Below, piece by piece: positions 56,753 to 64,000 of a DNA stretch of 64,000 nucleotides. The number at the start of each line of letters is the position of its first letter. Positions within the stretch are counted from its first letter, which is position 1. Location of the stretch: the NCBI GenBank assembly GCA_947624675.1, contig CANQLI010000007.1:3090-67089 (forward strand). Direction: 5' to 3'. This DNA is from an uncultured Clostridia bacterium (GTDB taxonomy: Bacteria > Bacillota > Clostridia > Oscillospirales > Ruminococcaceae). The notes beneath the pieces were generated by a model. The model was not told the origin of the DNA, did no database searches, and worked only from the letters and a program-made list of their open reading frames with translations. Made by a program: the position numbers and the translations under genes.

Positions 56753-57445
56753 ATGGACAAGGATATTAAAATAGCACTTGTAACTGGCGGTGTTGGTGCG
56801 ACTCTGTGTTTTATTACAACAACGATAATCAATGGAGGATTTAACAGTCTTATGGAAGTATTTTTAAACAATATTTTGCCTGCAATTATTGCTGGAGTTA
56901 TAAGTTTAATAAGTGGTTTATTACTTGCAAGACATTCGCAAATAAAGAAAAATACTGCCGCCATTGGGGAATTGTCAAGACAGCTTGGTGACTTTAGTGA
57001 GAGAAGTCTGAGTAATAGGATCGGTAATGCCGACAAGCTTTCGTTGAGCGATCAATACTCTGATATAATGGAATCAATGAAAAATGCAACAGGTGTTGAC
57101 AAGGATAGGCCCTCCTTATCAAAGCAACACGAAAACCTCAGTGAACTCTTAGAAAAAGAGATTGACATAGTTGAAAAAAGATATGATGAAGAAAACAAAA
57201 AAATACAATCCTTTTCTTTTCAAGAAAAAGATATATACGACAAAATTGAGAACTTAAAAACCTTGATGCAATCGTGGTTAGAGTTGACTGAGGACACAAA
57301 ACAAATGCAAATAAAAATTCATAAGCTTGAAGCTGATCTTAAGAATTCACGAACAGAAGTAAACCGATTGAAAGAAGAAAATTCTGTGCTTTATGAACAA
57401 CTTAATCCACATCGGGATAATCAATATCCTACTATTTCTCGATAA
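56753..57445 (+). CDS. Membrane protein with a long cytoplasmic coiled coil (230 aa)
   Basis: The ATG at 56753 lies 7 nt after AGGAGG. Two TM helices, then heptad-rich EKEIDIVEKRYDEENKKIQ...LEADLKNSRTEVNRLKEEN. Confidence 0.6.
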   Translation: MDKDIKIALVTGGVGATLCFITTTIINGGFNSLMEVFLNNILPAIIAGVISLISGLLLARHSQIKKNTAAIGELSRQLGDFSERSLSNRIGNADKLSLSDQYSDIMESMKNATGVDKDRPSLSKQHENLSELLEKEIDIVEKRYDEENKKIQSFSFQEKDIYDKIENLKTLMQSWLELTEDTKQMQIKIHKLEADLKNSRTEVNRLKEENSVLYEQLNPHRDNQYPTISR

Positions 57446-57456
57446 TTGATACTTAA

Positions 57457-57492
57457 CTGCCGACTGGTGTAAAAACCGGTCGGCTTTTTGTT
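57457..57492 (+). terminator. Terminator hairpin, copy 2
   Basis: Same 31 nt as copy 1. It ends about 5 nt before the RBS of the next gene, leaving no room for a promoter. Confidence 0.75.
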
Positions 57493-57510
57493 TTAAGGAG
57501 GTAAAAAAAT

Positions 57511-57840
57511 ATGCAATCAGATGTGTTTTTAACATTGTTAATGTACATATGTACAATTATAGTTGGTATAATTGTTGCTTTTTTTGTAATGATTATTGGA
57601 ATTTATTTCTTGCTATCTATAATATGTCGACATATACGAAAACAAGAAGAGAATGAAGCCGCATTAAGAGAAACTCATGCAAAATGGACATGGAAAGACA
57701 GTAATCCTGATAATTACGATTGCATTTGCAGTAATTGTGGCGCAGAAGAGGAACATTTATATCCCTATTGTCCTAACTGTGGTGCAAAAATGGATTTAAT
57801 AAATAATTTGGAGTTTAAGAAAGAGGAGATAAATAGTTGA
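57511..57840 (+). CDS. Single-pass membrane protein with a cytoplasmic zinc ribbon (109 aa)
   Basis: Hydrophobic N-terminus, then CSNCGAEEEHLYPYCPNCG. Its stop overlaps the start of the cytosine methyltransferase gene. Confidence 0.6.
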   Translation: MQSDVFLTLLMYICTIIVGIIVAFFVMIIGIYFLLSIICRHIRKQEENEAALRETHAKWTWKDSNPDNYDCICSNCGAEEEHLYPYCPNCGAKMDLINNLEFKKEEINS

Positions 57841-59567
57841 AAGAGTTAATAGTTGACAATTTCGCTGGGGGCGGTGGAGCAAGCACAGGGATTGAGCTTG
57901 CTACAGGCCGCCCGGTAGATATAGCTATAAATCACGATCCGGACGCTATTGCCATGCACAAAGCTAATCACCCGACGTCAAAGCATTACTGCGAGGATGT
58001 TTGGCAGGTGGATCCCGTAGAAGCCTGTGAGGGACATCCGGTAGCACTGGCGTGGTTTTCGCCTGACTGTAAACACTTCTCCCGCGCAAAGGGCGGAAAG
58101 CCGGTGGACAAAAATATCCGTGGGCTTGCATGGGTGGCGATTCGATGGGCATACACGGTGCGCCCTCGGTGCATTATGCTAGAAAACGTGCCAGAGATAC
58201 AGACATGGGGTCCGTTGGGCAAAGATAACAAGCCTATCAAGGAGCGGAGCGGAGAAACATTTACGGGATTTATTCTTGCACTTACAAACGGAATACCGAA
58301 ATATCATCCGGCATTCAACGAGATGTGCAATGCGCTCAATATTTCCCCTTCATCACATATTGCTTACACCCTATCACAGGGATTGGGATACAAAGTCGAG
58401 TACAGGACGCTAAAATCTTGCGATTACGGTGCACCTACCACACGGAAGCGTTTTTATTTAATCGCCCGTTGCGACGGTAAGCCCATTATCTGGCCGGAAC
58501 CGACACACGGACCGAAAGACAGCGCAGCGGTCAAGTCCGGAAAGCTGCTGCCGTACCACACAGCCGCAGAATGTATCGACTGGAGTATCCCGGCGAAAAG
58601 TATTTTTGAACGAGACAAGCCTTTAGCAGAAAAGACGCTTCGCAGGATAGCGAGAGGTATTAAGAAGTTTGTGATTGATAATCCTGAGCCGTTCATTGTG
58701 AACTATAAGTACGAAAATGAACCGGAAAGTATTGAAAAGCCTCTTTCAACAATCACAACTGTCGGGAGTCATTATGTCGTTACACCTACGATTATGTGTA
58801 ACAACGAGAACAATGTCGGTGCAAGTGTGGAATCGCCGGTGCCTACCGTTACGACAGGAAATCGAAACTATCTTGTGGCTCCTACACTTATCCAGTATCA
58901 CGATGAGCAGGGACAGGACGAGGTTCGTGGTCAAGGAATTGACGAGCCAGTCAGAACGGTCGATACATCTAACCGATATGCGTTGTCTTGTGCGCACATT
59001 ATGAAAAATTACGCAGGCGGATATACGGGAGCCGGAAGCTCTGCGGATAAGCCATTAGATACTGTAACGGCGAAAGACCATAACAGCCTTGTCACAGTTC
59101 ATATTATGACGATGCGGAATAACATGGACGGGCAAAAGGCGGACGAACCTCTGACGACCATATCATGCAGCGGAGCGCACCACGCGGAGGTGCAGGCGTT
59201 TCTGGTCAAGTATTTTTCAACCGGCACAGCAAAGCCGGTCGACGAGCCACTGGATACCATAACAACAAAGGATCGATTCGCTGTAATCACTGTGCATGGA
59301 CAGGAATACATAATCACGGACATCCGCATTAGAATGTTACAACCGAGAGAACTGTTCAATGCGCAAGGATTTCCACAAGACTACATCATTGATACAGACG
59401 CTAACGGAAAACCATATCCGAAATCAAAGCAGGTCGCCCGTTGTGGAAACGCCGTCACACCGCCTGTTCCTACCGCACTTGTGAAAGCAAATCTTCCGGA
59501 GCTGTGTGAAAGGAGAACTAAAGAAGTAGAGAGACAGCAAACACCCCTGAGAGCGAACGGAGATTAA
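57837..59567 (+). CDS. DNA (cytosine-5)-methyltransferase, orphan
   Basis: 576 aa. Motif I DNFAGGGGAS, motif IV FSPDCKHFS (catalytic Cys), motif VI IMLENV, then QGFPQDY and CGNAV, with a long variable region. TTG start. Confidence 0.9.
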   Translation: MKELIVDNFAGGGGASTGIELATGRPVDIAINHDPDAIAMHKANHPTSKHYCEDVWQVDPVEACEGHPVALAWFSPDCKHFSRAKGGKPVDKNIRGLAWVAIRWAYTVRPRCIMLENVPEIQTWGPLGKDNKPIKERSGETFTGFILALTNGIPKYHPAFNEMCNALNISPSSHIAYTLSQGLGYKVEYRTLKSCDYGAPTTRKRFYLIARCDGKPIIWPEPTHGPKDSAAVKSGKLLPYHTAAECIDWSIPAKSIFERDKPLAEKTLRRIARGIKKFVIDNPEPFIVNYKYENEPESIEKPLSTITTVGSHYVVTPTIMCNNENNVGASVESPVPTVTTGNRNYLVAPTLIQYHDEQGQDEVRGQGIDEPVRTVDTSNRYALSCAHIMKNYAGGYTGAGSSADKPLDTVTAKDHNSLVTVHIMTMRNNMDGQKADEPLTTISCSGAHHAEVQAFLVKYFSTGTAKPVDEPLDTITTKDRFAVITVHGQEYIITDIRIRMLQPRELFNAQGFPQDYIIDTDANGKPYPKSKQVARCGNAVTPPVPTALVKANLPELCERRTKEVERQQTPLRANGD

Positions 59568-59568
59568 A

Positions 59569-60354
59569 ATGACAATTAAATTATTAAAAGGCGATTGTTT
59601 AGAAATAATGAATGTTATACCTGATAAAAGCATTGATATGATTCTTTGTGATTTACCATATGGCGTTACCGCTAAAAATAAATGGGACACAATTATTCCA
59701 TTTGAAAAGTTGTGGGGATGTTATGATAGGGTCACAAAAGAAAATTGCGCAATAATCTTATTCGGACAAGATAAATTTACAGTTGAATGCATTATGTCAA
59801 ATAAAAAAATACATAGGTATAACTTAATTTGGGACAAAGTATTACCGTCTGGATTTCTAAACGCTAATAGAATGCCACTAAGAGAACATGAGGATATAAT
59901 GGTGTTTTATAAAAAACTACCCACATATAATCCACAAAAAATTAAAGGAGTGCCATGTCATAAAAAAGGAAAGTCTGTTGGCAAAATGAATGACTCAATA
60001 CTTCAAAATAATAATTATGGGAATTCTAGATGTGTCGAAACAAAGGGCGATATGAAATTTCCGACTTCTATATTGAAGTTCCAAAAACCGCATCCAAGTA
60101 AAAGTGTTCATCCTACGCAAAAACCAATTGAATTGCTTGAATACTTGATTAAAACTTATACAAATGAAGGAGATACCGTATTAGACAATTGTATGGGAAG
60201 TGGCAGCACCGGCATTGCCTGTGTGAACACCAACAGAAATTTTATAGGAATAGAGTTAGATAGCAATTATTTTGAGACTGCAAGAAAAAGAATTGAAGAA
60301 TCGGAGAGACAGCAAATGAGGTCAAAACAGGATTCAGCTATTAAGGGCTCATAA
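59569..60354 (+). CDS. Beta-class N6-adenine/N4-cytosine DNA methyltransferase, orphan
   Basis: 261 aa. Motif IV variant CDLPYG precedes motif I DNCMGSGSTGIA (N6_N4_Mtase order). No endonuclease gene is adjacent. Confidence 0.87.
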   Translation: MTIKLLKGDCLEIMNVIPDKSIDMILCDLPYGVTAKNKWDTIIPFEKLWGCYDRVTKENCAIILFGQDKFTVECIMSNKKIHRYNLIWDKVLPSGFLNANRMPLREHEDIMVFYKKLPTYNPQKIKGVPCHKKGKSVGKMNDSILQNNNYGNSRCVETKGDMKFPTSILKFQKPHPSKSVHPTQKPIELLEYLIKTYTNEGDTVLDNCMGSGSTGIACVNTNRNFIGIELDSNYFETARKRIEESERQQMRSKQDSAIKGS

Positions 60355-60373
60355 CTCTTGATATAAAAATCAA

Positions 60374-60398
60374 GTGGGACTGGGACTAAAAGTCCCAC
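60374..60398. repeat. Island palindrome, copy 6 (with a partial arm duplication)
   Basis: GTGGGAC-TGGGACT-AAA-AGTCCCAC. Confidence 0.85.
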
Positions 60399-60486
60399 AG
60401 GAAAGGAGTAGGAAGATGTTTAATGATACATCTTAAGAAAATCAAAGTTTAACCTAAAACACAATACTATCGAAAGGAGTTTAAAA

Positions 60487-63400
60487 ATGCAAAAAAGGAA
60501 ATTATTATCATTATTTACAAGTATTGTTATGACAATATCTATGCTGTCGATCGTTCCTGCGTCAGAAGCAATGGCTGCGACAACACCGTCTGTTCCAAAG
60601 ATAACAAGCTACAGTTCTACTGACAGCACGATACGAGTGCATTTTGTTGATCGTACAGATATTACCGGATTTAAGTTAGAGTTGTATAGCAATTCAAGCT
60701 ATAGCACTGTTTCAAGGTCAACACAAGCCACAACAGCACAGGCAAAGCTAAACGGTTTAGGGTTTAGCAGTTTAAGTAGCAATACTCTGTATTATCTCAA
60801 AGCCTATACCTATAACGGCAGTGGAACATCACAACCGCTTAATCTCGCCATAAGAACCAAAGCTACCGGATATCCGAACTTTGTAGCATCACCAACTATG
60901 GCAGAACAAAAAACAAAAGCTTTGGTTGACAGAAACCTGCAAAACAGTTTAAACTTGCTCGGCAATTTCGGAACATTCAGAGATGACACATTTGGTTATT
61001 CCAAACTTACAGGGCCGTCATCGACAAACGGTACAGTAAGTGGTTCTGGATTTACTGTCAATGCCGGCGGAGAAAACGCATCAGACAGAGATAGCAAATC
61101 GTATGATAACAATATAAAATTCTATATGTCCGCACCGTACCTGGAAGATTCCTTCACTTATACGGTGAGCCGTTCAGGTAAAAATTACACATTCAATCAA
61201 GCCAATAACTGGGGCTGGGGCAACCCTGAAACAGGCACAGGAGGAATACGGTACATACCTTCCTCTAAACACGATTCATATTATGGTAATTACACATTTA
61301 ATGCATGGGAAGTAGATACCAAAACATTGTCAGGATTGCACAGAACAAGCTATACAAATGACGGAAAGTCATATAGTCTTTTAACATATAATGACCTTAC
61401 AAGTGCTACAAGTCCGTTAATTGACAGAGATGCTCAACATACCGGAATTACAGGAAATTTGTGGATAAATGCTGACAAAATAGGACTTACATATGCATAT
61501 CTTAGTGACACATCAAACAACAGTAAGCCAACAACCGGTGTTGCAGGATTCAAAGAAGGTAATTATCTTAACTGGGCACTTAGGCGTATAAAGTATTATC
61601 ATGACAATCAACCAAATGATACTAAAATTAAATATGGTGAGATTCCACTTGATCCACAAGCAATATTAAACGATGAAAATTGGAAACAAGTTCCATATGA
61701 TAGAGCTGATACTTTATCACCAACTCTTTACGAAATTGCGGAAGAAGCCATAAAGAATGAAAGGCAGTCCGGCTGGGCAATAGCATTAAATGACGCTGAC
61801 AAAGGGACTCTTTCTTGTACATATGACAAGGTCGGAAATTTCAAAGGAAAATCCGTCAGTGTAAAATTGACTGTTGTAGACTGGCAAGCGTCAGATGATT
61901 GGCGTCATAACGCATTTCGTCAATACAAAGATACTGACAATTTTAAAACAGGAGATTGGTTTTTAACAGCTATTTCTGAGACAGCAGTTGGAAACTGGAA
62001 TACAAGAAAAACTCCGGGTACTAATGTCTCACAAGCTAGTAATGGAAGCTTTGCTACGGGCAGTCCATACGGCGGTGGCAACGAGAAAGAGACTTGTCCT
62101 CTAATATCATTTGCCTCCGACGGAATTGGAATAAATGTTTCTTTTTTAGACTGGATCAAGGTTGATTACACATTCTTTGATGAGGATGGGAACGAAATAA
62201 CCGATCCCGATTTTAAAGGTCGTGGAACCTGGAAAGACATAGACTATTCTCAATCTGTTTCTTTTTTGCCGGCTGCACAAAATAACGGTAAAGGCTTTAC
62301 AGGCATATATGACTATGATGGATATGTATGGTGGAGTGGCCCGACATCAGCATCAAAAGCAAATCAGGCATACAATATAAACATTACAAAAGATACAAAA
62401 TACGATTCTCTGTTATATAAATCTTGGGATTATATAAATGTGGACGGAAGCACCGACAGATATTGGGGCGTTTTTGACTGGGTAGGTACAGAAGGAGAGG
62501 ACGATGATAAAACCAACTGGGTTTATGGTGAGTTTAACGGTCCGTTTTCAATAATCTATGGTGCAGGCGGTCACGGAGATATGGCATATGCGGGAGTTAA
62601 AGGTGAATATAACAAAGATACCATACAAACCGTTTACCAAAACACTGGTGATGCCCGTACATCTAACAAGCGTCTTGCAACATCTCCGGTTACTTCTCCG
62701 GCTTCATTGAATAGTGGTTCACGAGAAATTGAAGTGCCGAGTATCCAAGTTATGCGAAGTCAACCTGACGCACATAATATAGCTGATTTGACAGGTACAT
62801 CATATTACGGCGAGGTAAATATCACAAAATACCTCGAACAGAAAAATGGAAACTATGTTAAAGCTTCCGGTGCTGATTGGTCAGACAAAAATAATGTGTT
62901 TTTTGCAATAAGAGACGGTAATGGAAAATATCTTGCGTTTGATCTTGATGCATCCGATACAGTTAATGATAAATATGTAATTGATCCAACAATCACATAT
63001 GACAACTATGACGGATCAAGGCAATCCAAACGAGTTACACACTTTTCATTAAACTCTAGTGGTGAGCTGCATATTACAAATATACCTGCCGGTACGTATT
63101 TCATAGAAGAAATACTGAGTGGTACGACTGTTCGACCACAGTACAGCGGTGAATCAACAATTAAGTATAGCATTATTACAGGACAGACTCCATCAAATCC
63201 TGTTGTATCTGAAGATGGTATGTTTGAAGTGTTTGATAAAGAGAGTCAAAATAAGTCTACACAACTGCTTATATATAATGATCTCGCTGAGACTGGTACA
63301 GTTACATTCACCAAAAAAGCTAAAACATCAAATAATCCTGCTCAACTATCAATAGATAATAATGTTGCCAACGATTTGGAGTTTGTTCTGCTTTTAGACG

Positions 63401-64000
63401 GTGAAACGGTTGATTCTCCTAATGCGGATTATTTTGTGACAGTTAATCAAATAAGTAGTGGTAAATACAGTTTTGACAAGCTATCTTGGCCGTTACAATA
63501 TTCCTCCGCACCACCAAGCAATGCAATTCTAAAGCTTGATAGCTACAATCAACTTGTTATAAACGACCTTCCGGTCGGAGATTATTATTTGCGTGAAATA
63601 ACCGGAAACGATATATATTTTGACGGTACTATGGATGATGTCCATTTTACTGTAACAGCAAATTCAAAAATAGCAGTTACAGGTCTGAACATTTTGAAAA
63701 CAGGCAACATAACTATAAACAAATCGTTTGAGGGTAGTTCAACACCTATTAACGGGGCAAAATTCTCATTAACTGGTACATCTGATGCCGGAACTCCCGT
63801 CAACATGACGGCAACGGTTATGTATGGTACAACAAGATTCAGTAATGTCCCATATGGTACATATACGCTTTCTGAGACATTCGTACCAACAGGCTATGAT
63901 GCAGTTGCTGATAGAAAAGTAACGGTTTCAAGTGCAAATTCAGATGTAACAGTAAATCTGACCGATCCATTGACAAAGGGATTTTTAAAGATCATAAAAG
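60487..64000 (+). CDS. Giant secreted surface protein, 5' partial (more than 1171 codons, open to the window edge): Fn3-like N-module plus Cna-B/SpaA-like repeats
   Basis: Not on the ORF track. I read every codon in frame 1 from the ATG at 60487 (RBS AAAGGAG) to 64000 and found no stop. Signal peptide MQKRKLLSLFTSIVMTISMLSIVPASEAMA. Distal repeats with G.Y.L.E...P.GY signatures (PYGTYTLSETFVPTGYD). Confidence 0.85.
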   Translation, partial: MQKRKLLSLFTSIVMTISMLSIVPASEAMAATTPSVPKITSYSSTDSTIRVHFVDRTDITGFKLELYSNSSYSTVSRSTQATTAQAKLNGLGFSSLSSNTLYYLKAYTYNGSGTSQPLNLAIRTKATGYPNFVASPTMAEQKTKALVDRNLQNSLNLLGNFGTFRDDTFGYSKLTGPSSTNGTVSGSGFTVNAGGENASDRDSKSYDNNIKFYMSAPYLEDSFTYTVSRSGKNYTFNQANNWGWGNPETGTGGIRYIPSSKHDSYYGNYTFNAWEVDTKTLSGLHRTSYTNDGKSYSLLTYNDLTSATSPLIDRDAQHTGITGNLWINADKIGLTYAYLSDTSNNSKPTTGVAGFKEGNYLNWALRRIKYYHDNQPNDTKIKYGEIPLDPQAILNDENWKQVPYDRADTLSPTLYEIAEEAIKNERQSGWAIALNDADKGTLSCTYDKVGNFKGKSVSVKLTVVDWQASDDWRHNAFRQYKDTDNFKTGDWFLTAISETAVGNWNTRKTPGTNVSQASNGSFATGSPYGGGNEKETCPLISFASDGIGINVSFLDWIKVDYTFFDEDGNEITDPDFKGRGTWKDIDYSQSVSFLPAAQNNGKGFTGIYDYDGYVWWSGPTSASKANQAYNINITKDTKYDSLLYKSWDYINVDGSTDRYWGVFDWVGTEGEDDDKTNWVYGEFNGPFSIIYGAGGHGDMAYAGVKGEYNKDTIQTVYQNTGDARTSNKRLATSPVTSPASLNSGSREIEVPSIQVMRSQPDAHNIADLTGTSYYGEVNITKYLEQKNGNYVKASGADWSDKNNVFFAIRDGNGKYLAFDLDASDTVNDKYVIDPTITYDNYDGSRQSKRVTHFSLNSSGELHITNIPAGTYFIEEILSGTTVRPQYSGESTIKYSIITGQTPSNPVVSEDGMFEVFDKESQNKSTQLLIYNDLAETGTVTFTKKAKTSNNPAQLSIDNNVANDLEFVLLLDGETVDSPNADYFVTVNQISSGKYSFDKLSWPLQYSSAPPSNAILKLDSYNQLVINDLPVGDYYLREITGNDIYFDGTMDDVHFTVTANSKIAVTGLNILKTGNITINKSFEGSSTPINGAKFSLTGTSDAGTPVNMTATVMYGTTRFSNVPYGTYTLSETFVPTGYDAVADRKVTVSSANSDVTVNLTDPLTKGFLKIIK

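Larger units (their letters stand above)
49218..64000 (+). mobile_element. Integrase-led integrated mobile element next to tRNA-Ser (ICE, IME or phage-plasmid class unresolved; right end outside the window)
   Basis: Tyrosine recombinase next to the tRNA 3' end. All genes are co-directional: parA, parB-like, orphan methyltransferases and a giant adhesin-like ORF. A private palindrome family occurs within it. Confidence 0.75.

Overview
This is a moderately AT-rich Firmicutes/Clostridia chromosome segment. Dockerin-bearing proteins suggest a Ruminococcus-like, cellulosome-type organism, but the taxon is inference only. All motif and repeat calls come from reading the sequence by eye; no database search, fold prediction or GC computation was run. 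Positions 1 to about 46.7 kb are mostly core genome. They hold a 12-kb co-directional minus-strand array (ruvC-ruvA-glmM-methyltransferase-ecfA1-ecfA2-ruvB-ecfT-truA-hypothetical-cvpA-clpC-like). They also hold ilvB, a beta-helix carbohydrate-binding-type protein, a csoR-copA copper module, MATE and AEC transporters, an ECF S-component next to coaX, a ROK regulator and tyrA. Further on come two peptidases behind a complete oppABCDF operon, tRNA-Arg(ACG), a GH5-dockerin enzyme, a heterodimeric ABC exporter and a stand-alone wzz/BY-kinase/PHP-phosphatase trio. From about 46.7 kb the window becomes accessory. First comes a decayed islet with an XRE regulator, a Thr-linker lipoprotein and gene fragments including an integrase 3' remnant. 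Then comes tRNA-Ser(UGA), followed by an integrase-led mobile element. That element carries int, parA, a parB-like gene, a 1004-aa dockerin protein, two small membrane proteins and two orphan DNA methyltransferases. It ends with a surface-protein ORF of more than 1171 codons that runs off the window and is absent from the supplied ORF track. The most interesting unexplained signals are these: (1) a 19-bp palindrome, GTGGGACT-NNN-AGTCCCAC, present six times and only between genes of the element; (2) two ORF-free, hairpin-dense patches inside the element; (3) a roughly 150-bp dispersed intergenic repeat with a conserved hairpin, in three copies; (4) a promoter-to-terminator unit of about 135 nt that looks like an unannotated sRNA; (5) ruvB translationally coupled inside the ECF transporter operon.
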